A DNA stretch of 64,000 bases, taken from Styela clava (lineage: Eukaryota). Position numbers and translations under genes: made by a program. Below, in pieces: positions 1-27,404 of this stretch; the stretch's first letter is position 1; every line of letters begins with the position of its first letter. Location: contig NC_135251.1 of NCBI RefSeq assembly GCF_964204865.1, positions 18,414,001 through 18,478,000 on the forward strand, given 5' to 3'. The notes beneath the pieces were generated by a model, which saw only the letters and a program-made list of their open reading frames with translations, had not been told where the DNA came from and searched no databases.

Positions 1-1100
1 ACGAAGAAAGTTGTGGAAATTTCTTACAATTGCATGAGAAATTTGTTTTTTAATCTCTAGGTTCAACAATTTAATTCAGATTTAATTACAATTCAGTCTG
101 ACACTATCGTAGCGTATGGAAATAGTAAATGTGACGTCACGTGTAGTCATGAAATGAATGGAATCTTATCTCGGTGAATTAGAGAACCAACTTTTATGTA
201 TAACAACATTTATACGGAATACGTGGAACATAAATTTAAAATAGACAATTTAATTTTGATATGTAAATACCAAATTGAAAATCAAGCTTTCATTCAAAAA
301 TATGTAACTAATTGTTTTAATTTTTTTCGATATCATTACGAATATACTTTTGTTAAATCCATCATATCAAAAATTAATATATATATATATATACCTGGAG
401 TGCAAAATTGGTCTACGACAGTAGTTTCACCAATATCAAAATGCTTAATATTAAATCCTATAAATTGAATTGGAATTTGAAAGTACTAAAATGATTCAAT
501 GACAAGAAAGTATAAAATAAAATATATATCTCTTCTGAAGCAATCGCAGCAAAGTATGAATCTTACAATCATTATTTAGTTAGCGCAATTACGATCCGCG
601 ATTTCCGGGAACAACCCTTAGATACTCTTGCATCAGCGTGAGCCATAAATCCTATTTTCATTAAAACCATCCCATACCGCTGTATGAAGGTTATCGCATT
701 GTTTGACGTTAAAATAACAATTGGTTCCATCAATTTTGTGTGAGCGCATCTAGAGCATCTTGCCGGCAAATTCTACCACTTAATTTGAGCGCTTGTATAT
801 TGATTGGTGTCGCTCTCGTTAGCTTTCTAGAAGTATTATCATGTCATAACTCAATTGACTCAGAGATTGAAGCCTGATGAAATTAATAGTATGAAGCTGA
901 TAGGACATTTTAAAATATTCTGTATCATATTTAAAGTTTGATGAATGTGAAAAAATTACATAAAGTTTAATAAAGATTGCTCGGCGCCTCAAATATTCTA
1001 GACACTTCAATAGACCACTACTGAGCGAAGATAATGAGTTGTAGTTACATTAGATGTGGGTTGAATAGTAGTTGAAATATACAGCTTATACATTTATCAA

Positions 1101-15354
<14,254 letters not shown>

Positions 15355-17743
15355 CTAAATCATATAAAATCATAATGAACAGTGAACACAAAAATTATAA
15401 ATTGATCATGGGGATAATAACATTAGAATATTACGGATACCAAGTGACATACATGATTGATTTAAGTAATATCGACATGTTTCCTTCATCACCAAAATTT
15501 CAACAAATGTCTATGCTACTGACAGAAGAAAAACAACAAATACAACAAATTAATATATTGTTTGTCAAAGCACATAGTTTATCAATTACTGAGAAAAACG
15601 TACCATTGCATACATGCAAATTATCGTTGCTTATTATAACTATCATTACAAAAATCAAATAAAACTCAGCATTTACTTTACTATATACCTGCAATTGATG
15701 TTGCAAGAAATGTTAACATAACAAACCAGCAATTGATTCCAATCATATTAGTGGCGTTAAATAACCATAGGAAGCATAATGTTATTAAGAGCAATATTTC
15801 AAAATGCTACATCACTGAATGAAAATCACGCTATATAATTTATTCCGCAACCTAAAAAGAACCTTATATCAGGATTGAAAATAGGGAATACAATATAATT
15901 ATAGTCTGCGTCTACTTATATTCCCAATATGCAAAATCCCACATTGTGTATATGTTTTTTACATCCTACATAACGGATCTGAATACATTATGAGATGCCG
16001 GCCTATGTATTTACATAACAAGAGTCCGCGGCGCGAAAATTTGCTTTAAGAAGTAACAATGTTTTTGATAATAATGCGAAAATTGTCTTGGTCTGCTCTG
16101 TTTATTACTTTTTTTTATTCAAGTTTATTATTTTGTTTATTCATGATGCTGTAATTGTATTTACTGTTCAATATAGTTTAAGAATACAATTGATGAAAGA
16201 CGTTGATAAATTAAAGTTTAATAATTGTGTTAAATGATTTACACTTCTTGATACTTTCGTTCGTTAAATCTAAAATGTGACCAGGTCGAGGCAGTGTTGT
16301 GAAATGTGAGTTCATAAAATGGCTTGTTCACTTTTTTCCAAGGTCCTAAATCCTATAAAATCATAATGAACAGTGAACACAAAAATTATAAATTGATCAC
16401 GGGGATAATAACATTAGAATATTACGGATACCGAGTGACATACATGATTGATTTAAGTAATATTGACATGGTTACTTTATCACCAAAATTTAAACAAATG
16501 TCTATGCTACTGACAAAAGAAAAACAACAAATACAACAAATTAATATATTGGTTGTCAATGCACATGATTTATCGATTACTGAGAAAAACCATTGCATAC
16601 CGAATGCAAATTATTGTTGCTTATTACATTTATCAAAACATACATGATTGATTTAGGTAATATCGACATGATTACTTTATCACCAAAATTTCAACAAAAG
16701 TCTAAGCTACTAACAAAAGAAAAACAACAAATTAATTTATTTGTTTTTAATGCACATGATTTATCAATTACTGAAAAAAACGTACCACTGCATACTACAT
16801 GCAAATTATCGTTGCTTATTATAATTATCAAAACAAAAATCAAATAAAACTTAGCATTTACTTTACTACACCTGCAATTGATGTTGCAAGAAATGTTAAC
16901 ATAACAAACCAACAATTGATTCCTATCATATTAGTGGCGTCAAATAACTATAGGAAGTATAATGTTATTATGAGCAATATTTCAAAATGCTACATCACTG
17001 AATTAAAATCACGCTATATAATTTATTCCGCAACATAAAAATACTGTATATCAGAATTGAAAATAGCGAATACAATATAATTATAGTCTGCGTCTACTTA
17101 TATTCCCAATATGCAAAATCCCACATTGTGTTTATGTTTTTTACATCCTACATAACGGATCTCTGAATACATTGAGAGATGCCTGCCTATGTATTTACAT
17201 AACAAGAGTCCGCTGCGCAAAAATTTGCTTTAAGAATTAACAATGTTTTTGATAATAATGCGAAAATTGTGTTGGTCTGCTCTTTTTATTGCTTTTTTTT
17301 ATTCAAGTTTATTATTTTGTTTATTCATGATGCTGTAATTGTATTTACTGTTCAATATAGTTTAAGAATACAAGTGATGAAAGACGTTGATAAATTAAAG
17401 TTTAATAATTGTGTTAAATGATTTACACTTCTTGATACTTTCGTTCGTTAAATCTAAAATGTTTCGGTTTAATCTAATGAATAGGGTAATGTCTAAAACT
17501 GTTTAGCCTATTTAGATCCAGCGAATGAGCTTATAGGCATTTCATTTTAAAATGCTGTAGTTGGCCAGTATTGTCCATTCAACAATTGCAATAATTTCCT
17601 AAAATATATAAATTATATTAAATTATAATATATATATATTAAACAATTTCATGACTATACATATCATCGAGCACAAATTTGTATGTACATCGAAATATTT
17701 TATCAATTTACAAAATTCTTTAATTGATTAAATCAATACTCAC

Positions 17744-17844
17744 TTGATCTTCAAAAAAATAAATAAAACATTTAATACAAAGTAAAATCTGTCATACAAC
17801 CGGTATTTGTCCGAAGTTGTTTTCAAACTTATGCTATCCCTCAT
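17744..17844 (-). CDS. Candidate first (signal peptide) exon of the RPTP
   Basis: ATG..MRDSISLKTTSDKYRLYDRFYFVLNVLFIFLKI followed by a GTGAGT donor. It has a hydrophobic core, but its phase does not join the CTLD exon directly. Confidence 0.35.
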
Positions 17845-17976
17845 GCTTTCTATTTGGATTTGTCAGTAAATGTTTGTCGACATGAATTCTTTCATCACCT
17901 GAAATACGTTATCCTTTTATGAGCATATTTTAGATACTTTAACCTTCAGTTTCTTCCCATGATCGATGTATCGTAG

Positions 17977-18111
17977 CGGAAGTCCGGGAATTTGGTTTTT
18001 CCTCAGTACGTTGTAAACTGTGAATCATCAGCGCCAAAAAATCTGCGCATTGGGATTTCATCGAAAGCTGCTATAACTGAAAATCCCACAATGTATGCAA
18101 TGGAATTTACC
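17977..18111. promoter_or_regulatory. Cluster of ETS and Rel/NF-kB-like motifs upstream of the RPTP
   Basis: CGGAAGT 17977, GGGAATTT 17986, GGGATTTCA 18052, GAAAATCCC 18079, GGAATTTACC 18102. Confidence 0.3.
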
Positions 18112-20626
18112 AAGGTTTTGCACCAGGTTTTCTTTAGAATCAAGAAGATTCACCTGCAGAAGTTTGAAATATTTATATAAAATAGTAAACTTGATAAAGT
18201 TCTTCGATTGTATTTTAATATCTATATAATCGTTCTATGATTTAATATTATTTAGAAAATGTGTCTATTCATTGATCATAAATTTATAAAAAATAATTTG
18301 AATAATGGAAACCGTGTTTACTATATTTAATTGAATAAAGCAAAGTTTGAACTCTATCTCGCATTCTTAATTTTTGACTCAACAAGAAAACAGCGACCAG
18401 TGATCAAAAAATCCAAAATTTCTTAACAAGCGTTTTTTTGCGCTGAATGATAAGAACATTACTCGAATGACATTTAAATTTCATCCAGCCGTTTGGACGT
18501 TACATTTGGACATACAGGCTGGCAAATTAACAAACATACAGAGCGACTGAGTTGAAGATCTACTACAGTGGATATTTAAAATAATGCTATTGCTACAGTG
18601 AGAATTTATCAATTTATTGGTCATCAGTTAATTCCATAGTTCGTCTTTCAAATCTTTTTTATATTTGAATCATATAAATATGAATAAAGTTGGATGATTT
18701 TTCATTCGTTCAGAAACATCAACATCAGCGTCAAATGGTTACGAGCAGATCATTTATCCAACAGGATTGAATCCATTTTAGATGTCACGTGGTCAATATA
18801 AGAATATTTTTGTGAGAGTCCCAATTCAATGTAATGCAATACAATATATCAATTCTGTTTGTTTTGATCAGAATTTGAAAAACAGTGTGAAACTACATTT
18901 TCGTTCAAGGTTGTACGCGCCTTTAAAGACACCCAAAATCCGATGCAGTGTAGTATTATTTGATAAAACTATACAAGTTTACGAAAATATGCGTTCTTCG
19001 TGGGAAATAAAAAAAATTTAGGGCCTGCAAACGGTACATGGTTGATTAATTTTGATAAAAATTATGGTTTCAAACACGTAAACCAGTTTATATGCGCCAA
19101 CACACCAAAACAATCTCAAAATGAGCATGAAGTTTGCAATAGTAAAGTATAAGAGTAATTTTTCCGGGGTCAATAGTCGGGGAAACGTCCATAGCGCTGG
19201 TGCGCTATCGGTCCTTGTCTTTAGAGATCGCCCACGCCCGCTATCGCGATATGGGCATGTTTTTGTTCGTTTTGCGTGTTACGCTAAAAAGGATGTAGTG
19301 CCACGTTATAAAATACACACATAGCATGTTTCTTGTGTCTTTTTCCCCACACCAAAAAAGGAGCTTTGTCGGTGGTACGCGGCCATAGTAAAAAAACAGT
19401 AAAGTGGTAGGTACGCGGTCAGTAAAAGGTTGAGAACCAAAGCCTTAGGCCAACTTATAGGATTTTAACAATTTATTTATGACTAATATTTATTATAACT
19501 AATAAATCGACAATTGCATAAAAATATTTTATTATGAAGATCTGTGACAGAAGCTAATTAGAACAGTTGTATGCCAACCGATTCATAAGCAAAATTTTTC
19601 ATTGATTCATAGGACAAAAATTTAAGTTATATTGCAAATTATATTTATTTTATCGATTGCGGTGTCAATTTGTGCAGATCCAGCACTGTTGTAATCATTG
19701 TAATAATTGGGTATATAAGTATATGGCATTGGCTATCTATGCACATTATATGGCATTATTGAGTTGATTATATATTCTGAGTGTGTACATTACTTCAATG
19801 GCCGTATGTTATATGGAATTGGCTGCGTATATGACATATGGGTATAAATTCATATGACATTGTCTGTATATCCATATGTTATTGGCTGTATATGCATATG
19901 AAGCTGGGTATAAAACTAAATTGATTTTAAATGTCTGTGAGAGTACGTTATTTAATTGTCTGTATATGCCGCGGCCCGCGAGTTTTATATACATATGATT
20001 GCATACCGTACCGGTATTGTTTGCAATATATATTCTTCGCTGTAACCTTATTAGAGTCAGTTAATTTTTCCTCTTTTTAATTTGTATATAAGCCTTCCAA
20101 AATTTCATTTGGTAAAAACGTTCTGTGTGTGTCGTTTGTATTTGTTGGTTTTTAGTTTTACATTTGCCAAATTTGCATTCTCTTCGGGTTTTCTTTATTT
20201 TTTCTTGTTTTCATCCCATATTTGTTCTTCAGTGCATTCTCTCGCGATAGTTCATTTAGCCTATTTATTGTTTTAGATAATCTGCGCAGTACCCTCAATT
20301 CGGTATATACTGTCGCAACTACTGGTATTTAGTAGCTGAGCCTTATTCAGTTGCTTTTTTATACGAACCTGCATCAGCTAGGTGTCGCTGCTTGGTCCCT
20401 CGGGACCCGGTCACACAATTAACACGATCTGTATATTTTATTTGTTGTGACAGTTTTCTATGTACTTGTTTTTTATGATGACAAATAAAAGATTGATTGA
20501 TTGATATGCATATTGAGTTTGCTGTATGTGCATTTGACACTGATTTTTTATGTTCATCACTTAAATAAACAGTTTAGATGCGCATTTATTTGGCTCTATA
20601 TGCATATAAGAATGACTTTTGTATGA

Positions 20627-22640
20627 ATCAATCAATCAATCATTTTATTTCGGCTCTCTGACTAAAACGGAACAATACAAAAAAGTAAACAGACAACAAA
20701 TACAGAGATACCTGGAAGGCGAGCATAACTTATTATAAAGTTAAAAAACGTACAAGTACGTGCCCACCCACCAAAAAATAAAATAGAAATAATACGATTA
20801 TACAAAAAATATGGACACGATTCAAAATCGGGCAGTGCTTATAACTCAATTTAAAATGATAAAAGCCAAATAATTGCTTGAACCAGTGGATAATTTACAT
20901 GGAGTAAAATAAGTGTTGCGCTTGAAATAAGACAGCAAAATTCAGGTAGATAAAATTAAATGTAATAGAATCCCAACGACCTCCTCCGTCTCTGATAGAT
21001 GTTTCAAATGTTCGTATACGAATATGGTAGCTGAGAAATCGCCAGAATTAGTCTTGCAGTAAATATATATAAATAAAGCTGATCTCGAATTCTGTATATT
21101 TCGGGTCTGAGATTCCTATATAGCATAGAAATATACAAGTCAAAATCTATGGGAGACAACGCTTGCTGTCAGAAATGCAAAAAATCACCAAAAACCTATC
21201 AAATGTGCAAGACAGATAAATAAATACATGGTTGAAAAGCAGCATGAAGTTTTGAATAATGGGAATAAAAATAGCTGTGAATACAAATACCTAACAATGC
21301 GTGCCAATGTTAGAAGAAAATAGTGACTAGTAACACAGGAAAAAACACAAAAAAGCTATATACATTGGTACTATTTACCAAAACAATATCCAAACACTGT
21401 CAATATTGGCAGGCAACATGGAGGTGTAAAATCATTTATTAAAACAGTAAAAGCAATCTTAATTACACACTCACACAAAGAAATACCATGAGCAAAAGTG
21501 AAACATTGATGTTGCAGTAGAAAATTCAAATTATGCTGGTGTTATAGGTGGTACATAACCACTTATTGGCAGCAGAAGAGGAAAAAATAGATATTGCCAA
21601 AATAATATCCACAGAGTAAGGTTGCAGGAGCTCATAAAAAAATACAACATGGATAATTTTGCCATTGAAATAAGATGAACAATTCAAGGCATATTTATCA
21701 AAAGTAACACAATACAAACAACCATATTAAAACAGAAAGCACACTTGCAATTGGAAAATTTGTGGGGGTCTTTAAAATTTCCATCCCCTGCCAGCAATGC
21801 CCAGCATACTATACTATTCATAGTGAAAACTCTTTAGTCCTTAACTTTGTTATAAAGTGAACAGGACATCCTGAGATATGGTGCAGTGCTGATTAATACC
21901 ATTCATGAAGTGGCCAAATATAAGTTCAACAGAATTAAAAAAATCAAATTACAGAATTAAACTGGCTTGTGTAGTTATGAGTGCAATATTTGTGGGCAAA
22001 AAGTCATATCACATTTCTTCACAACTCTGTTGTATTCACTTTCCAGCTTTTCCACTTTCAGACTTGTCAGTTGTCTTTTCCAACCCCAGACCCTTCAAAT
22101 TGCAAAAATGGTTACCAGTATGTAACCAAATTGTGTTGTCCATAACACAGTGATATGTAAAATCGTGTTTGAACAATCAGTTTGATAATTTCAGTACCTC
22201 TGTACTGGGAGACGGAAGAAGTCGTTAGAAGGCTACTCCATTTATTTTTTCTCTAAAATCTACACAACCTGATTATGATTTAATCAGGAAGGGCATGAAA
22301 AGCTCAATCAAACTACCGGCACTGGTAGTCGGCACGTTCCTTTCGTCTTTCTCTGAATTGTTCAACCTTGCGTTTTCCTGACACTCTCTGGTACAGTTCA
22401 TTTCCGATCCGTGCTGCAGTAATCCACATCAACAAAGTGCTGTCCGCAAACAGTGAAACACGAGCGAGTTACCTGAACCATACGCCTAGCACAGGGTTGG
22501 ACAACGTACGGCCCGCCTACTGTATACAACCACACTCTGTAATGTGGTCCGACGCATCATTCCTGAAAGTTGCCGATCGCTCTACTCTCACCGCACTGTC
22601 AGAGCCAAGTGACGTTTATATAACGTCGTTGCGGCGCATC
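20627..22640 (-). mobile_element. Decayed LINE (CR1/L2-like) remnant
   Basis: On the minus strand, AATAAA is followed by an (ATTG)n tail at ~20627-20650. Upstream are fragmented coding-like stretches (a RWDSI..YFKRN C-terminal pattern and a Cys/His-rich stretch near 22100-22170). No intact ORF. Confidence 0.4.
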
Positions 22641-22928
22641 GTGCTAAGCGTTACGGTGCGTTTACACTGGATGAATATTACTGGAATAACTGTATATCCA
22701 CATTTAGTTGCTTGTATATGACATTGCTGTGTGTGTACATTACTTGCATAGGCTGCCTATGTATATTGACTTAGCTGTATGTGTATATGACATTGACTTC
22801 TGCATGTGCATCCCTTGAATGGCTGTATTTGAAAATTAAATTGACTGGATATGCTTATGACATCGAATTTTTTATGTAAATCACTTACATGACTGTGTAG
22901 GTTTATAAACCTTTCTGGTTGTTGTTGA

Positions 22929-24230
22929 CTGAGTCTTGGTAATTAGTCCCTCACAAAATTGTTTTGGTATCACGAGGGCATGACGTCGTAATGTCATTGT
23001 AGGTGACAGGTCCTCTAATTGTTTTATTACCATTGCTTGGTTCTAATTTTAATGTTCGACTAAGATTAAAAATATTTTTAAGTGAAAACACGTACAACTG
23101 GTAACTAAAGGCCGTTAAATTAATCCAATACGCTATATATTGCCCCTGCTTTATATATATATATATATATATAAGCTATATATTCGAAGAACACGATTTC
23201 TAATAACTGTCAAGATCGAATAAATTTAGTATTTTCAAGTTGAACCTCGTTGGGTTTATTACCCAATATAGAACGCCGATACAGTTAGAAACAGGAAAAT
23301 ATAAATTAGCTGTGAAAAAGAAGAATATGTGTCCATTTTCTACACAAAATTGAAAATGATAAAATACAATAACATTTATTGCAATAATCGTGAGATTTCT
23401 TGAAGCTAATTCAGGGCGTTTTTTCCTTGAAGTTCTGGGTGTTTCATACTTCCTCTCATTTGTTTTTGTTGTCAAGGTGTCTTACTACTAGTTTTAACTT
23501 TTACATTTTTCGGTAAAATAACAGTCCATATAGTGTGAATGTTTCACACACATTTTTCAATAAAACAGTCCTGTTGTTGTTTCTAGTCGTTGTATATTCC
23601 TTGTTTTTCGCTATTCTTTCAGTTCTCTTTTGATTGGTGACAAAATGCTGTTTTTTATTATCCTTCGATCTATTTATCCTCGGTTTGTGCACTTGATATT
23701 CGTGGTTTAATTAACTTTTGGCCAACTGTTCTGACTCCATTTCGGAAGTCGCAGTCCATCTGTCGGAACACCGATGTAGTGTTTATAAAATCTTTCTGCC
23801 TGGTGGTTGCTGGCTAACTCTGTTGTTGTTACCTAGCTGACCTGTATTTGTCTGACGCTGATACAGTTCCGAATACATATATTGAGATCATATCCAGGTG
23901 AACAGTTCCAAAGCATTGCTGATAAGCCAGAGAAAATCTAAGTTACACTGCACAAATGCTGAGTCCTGGTAATTAGTCCAGCACTTAACCGTTAGTTTCC
24001 TAGCTGATCATCACTTCAACAAGTGGTCATTTATAATCTTGTTTTTGTATCCCGAGGACATCGCTTTGTAATGTCATTGGAGCCTACATACAGGTCGTCT
24101 AATTGTCGCTCCTTTATTACCTTGTCTTGGTTCTAATTTTAATGTTCGAGTAATGTTAAAAACAATTTTGAGTTGAAACACATACAACTGTTAACTGAAG
24201 GCAGTGAGGCAATTAACGCAATATGCTATA
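22929..24230. repeat. Pair of diverged direct repeats (22929-23137 and 23959-24230) flanking ~820 bp
   Basis: Shared blocks CTGAGTC(T/C)TGGTAATTAGTCC, GTAATGTCATTG, CTTGGTTCTAATTTTAATGTTCGA and TACAACTG. Confidence 0.75.
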
Positions 24231-24350
24231 ACTGTACATGAATATATATTAATTGACTATATTCTGTGAATGCACATTACTTTAATGACGGGTATTATAT
24301 TGAACTGGCTATGTATGCATATGACTTTGACTCTATATATGCATATAGAT

Positions 24351-24810
24351 CAGAGTGGTTTAAGGTTGCGAGGTTGGCGGGCCGCAAAAACTTTTGAGAA
24401 GGTCTCGCGGGCCGCAGTCGGAGAAAACTCAAAAGTGATCAAAATATCGCAATTTAAATATACTTGATAATGTGAGGTCATCGTTCTAATCAGTTTTTCA
24501 AGAAAACTATATGGAGCCTTTAGTTATTTTAAAAAAATTTTCCCGAGAAATATCGTGGTATTTTCGGTATCTTTCCTCGTATTTGGTTTTGTAATGGCGC
24601 TTAAAATTATATTCTTTAGTGACAGATATTACTTGAAAACACACCAGACACGTGGTTAAACGTTGTTGTGGGTGAGGAAATACGTTAACTCTCAGTTTAC
24701 TTCGGTCACCTTTTTTCTACACTCATTTTATCATGAATACTTGTAGCGTAAGCAGGTCTAGTGCTACCTTGAAAAAAACAACTAAGTCCGTCTAAGTTGA
24801 GACCTCGGAC
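24351..24810. mobile_element. Partial inverted copy of the 2496-3374 hAT family
   Basis: Starts CAGAGTGGTTTAAGGTTGCGAGGTTGGCGGGCCGCAAAAACTTTTGAG, the reverse complement of ~3325-3374. Similarity continues (AAAACACACCAGACAC). Confidence 0.75.
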
Positions 24811-25581
24811 CTAGATAATAACAAAAAAAGGGTTGTCGCGGCTTGGTCCTGTCTGCACAAGTCTATTCATTTTACCGACTACTACTACTACTCACGGTAC
24901 ATTATTTGTGAAATAAAATCTGTCTCTTCCGAAAGCAAATACAGGTAACTGGCTAACTAATCCCATACCCCCACTACCTGACTACCAGCATACCCAACAT
25001 GGACTGGTACCGGTACCGCAAATGGACGAGAGGCCGTGCTTCGCCATGTGATTATAGGCCTTGTTAGTGTTAGATAGATAGATAGTTTATTTCGAAAACT
25101 CCATAACAAACCTAAAGTCCACACAAATTAGACCTGTAGACAAATCTCAGTATTCTCGTATTTATTCAGTTATTGCAAATTCTGAAATTATTGGTGAGTC
25201 TACAGGTCTATGACTATGTGAAGATAACTCAATTCTGCAATTACAGGATTACTGAATTAGATGATAACTTGAATTTCATGATAGCTTTGGTCTGAATCAT
25301 TTACAGATTTATGATTCATCTGACATCAAATTTGACTTGTTTTGAGCAATTTAAAGGTGTTTGTATATGCTGATTTTCTGATCATGACACTGCTGCACTG
25401 TATTGTATTTTTTCATAAAACACTTATTAAACTTTAATTGTTTTTTTGTTTGTTTGAATACTGTACGTCTGCAAATTCATTCATTTTTTCAGTAGTCCTG
25501 TATTTAGGTAAGAGTACTGCATTACTGCATTAGTCTTTTCTAATTAAGTTGGCCTGGTGGCTGGTGCTAATGTGATAAACT

Positions 25582-26406
25582 ATGCAGTCAATAAGAGCAA
25601 CCACTAGACTTAAGATAATGTGTCAGCATATGATATCAAGATCTGTTAGTTCAAAAGTTAATGTGAATGGTGTGGACTTGGCATACCAGAAAGTTGGCAC
25701 TGGACAGCATGTGGTATTACTTCTTCCTGGGGCTCTTGGATGTGGGGAAACTGACTTCAAGCCCCAAATCAATGGACTTGACAGGGATAAATTAACAATT
25801 GTTAGTTGGGATCCGAGAGGATATGGGCGTTCTATTCCACCAGATAGGGATTTTCCTGTTGATTTCTTTTATCGAGATGCTCATGATGCTGCTGGTCTTA
25901 TGAAAAATCTTGGGTTTGCAAAGTATTCTTTGCTTGGCTGGAGTGATGGTGGTAACACTGCTGGAATTGTTGCTGCAAAATATCCGAATAATATTGACAA
26001 ATTAATTCTATGGGGGTCGAACTCTTTTATCACCAAAGAAGACATGGATTTATTTGAAAAAGTAAGAGATATATCACGCTGGAGTGAAGCAATGCGCAAG
26101 CCAATGATCGATATCTATGGTGAGGAATATTTTCGCCAAAAGTGGAGCGATTGGGTTAACGGCTGCATCAAGATCTTCAATGAACGAAATGGTGATATTT
26201 TTAGAAAGGAACTCGAGCATATTTGTGCACCAACTCTCATTATTCATGGTGAAAAGGATGCAATGGTGCCTCGTTTCCATCCAGAATACTTACATAAAAA
26301 TATAAAAGGATCTATCATTGATTACTGGGAAAATGCAAAGCACAACCTACATTTAAAATATGCGGATAGGTTCAATGCTCAAGTCGAAAACTTCCTTTTG
26401 AAATGA
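25582..26406 (+). CDS. BPHL: Valacyclovir hydrolase / biphenyl hydrolase-like alpha/beta hydrolase, 274 aa, intronless CDS
   Basis: LLLPGALG, DPRGYGRSIPPDRDF, nucleophile GWSDGG, HGEKD acid and KHNLHL His. The basic/hydroxylated N-terminus resembles a mitochondrial transit peptide. Confidence 0.93.
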   Translation: MQSIRATTRLKIMCQHMISRSVSSKVNVNGVDLAYQKVGTGQHVVLLLPGALGCGETDFKPQINGLDRDKLTIVSWDPRGYGRSIPPDRDFPVDFFYRDAHDAAGLMKNLGFAKYSLLGWSDGGNTAGIVAAKYPNNIDKLILWGSNSFITKEDMDLFEKVRDISRWSEAMRKPMIDIYGEEYFRQKWSDWVNGCIKIFNERNGDIFRKELEHICAPTLIIHGEKDAMVPRFHPEYLHKNIKGSIIDYWENAKHNLHLKYADRFNAQVENFLLK

Positions 26407-26885
26407 TAAACATTTGAATTTCGTTGAAATTCACAATCGACTCCCGACTTTTAGTTAAAAAATTTTTACTCCTTCTCCAGACTCTCGAGCTGAAAAAAAT
26501 TTTTACTCTGCCTTCAGTTTCCAGTTTGATGGAAGTTTTGACTCCAGCTTCAAACGCCCAAGGATATTTAATTTTGATAACAGGAACTTTGGCACGTGCA
26601 AGCCTTCAATGACTGTTAAAAAGCGCTTAGTCAACTTTTTTATAGTTTCTGTCAAAGATCTTGACTTCGATCATCATTAGAGTTCTGAAATTTTGACTCC
26701 AAGAGTTTAAAAATGCAATTCTGATATCATTATTAAAGTGTGCCAAACCCAGACTGTTGACTCTTTTTATCTTTTCAAGTGAGTCTATAACATAATAATA
26801 TTGGCAAAGTATCATTTTTGCATTCTATTCTTGTCATTACAGTACATTCTATTCTTATCGAACTACAAGCTGCAAGCGTAGTTAC

Positions 26886-27276
26886 TAGGGCTGGGAATGG
26901 TTAATCTGTTAACCGTTTTTAGATGTTTAATAACGGTTACGATTTATTTTGTTCGTTAACTGACATCTCAGGTAGCTCTTGATCGTAGTTGATGCTGTTT
27001 TTCTTTATGATATTGATATCTCAAAGTAGAAGTTGCACATCTTACACTGAAAGCCACATAAATATTGTTTGCTAACAAAATTAAATTTATTAAAATAAGT
27101 CAATATGTCCGAAGTACGCTGCATATTTCTTCCATTAGTGCGACCATGAAACCATCCTGATACATGAATAATTTCGAGCGATACCAGGATAGATCACGCA
27201 AAATTGCTTTGGAACCATTCGGTCATAACTTGCTCGAATTATTAGATTAAACCATTGTAGTGTTTTCCCAGTCCTA
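26886..27276. mobile_element. hAT MITE
   Basis: TIRs TAGGGCTGGGAA / TTCCCAGTCCTA with a perfect 8-bp TSD GTAGTTAC (26878-26885, 27277-27284). Confidence 0.85.
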
Positions 27277-27404
27277 GTAGTTACAGCAGCCATTACTAAT
27301 TTTTATAAATTATCGTAGTTGCAATCTAATTGTGTTTAGCTTTAAATCTATAAATGTTTATTCTACTTTACAGAATTATGTGGTGTGATGAATAATTCTT
27401 AAAA

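Noticed and set aside
132-143. Overlapping CRE and E-box palindromes (TGACGTCACGTG)
   Set aside because: No gene start is visible nearby in the window; a single motif cannot be assigned.
17480-17598. Possible second exon of the RPTP
   Set aside because: An acceptor is present, but all three frames hit stops before a GT donor.
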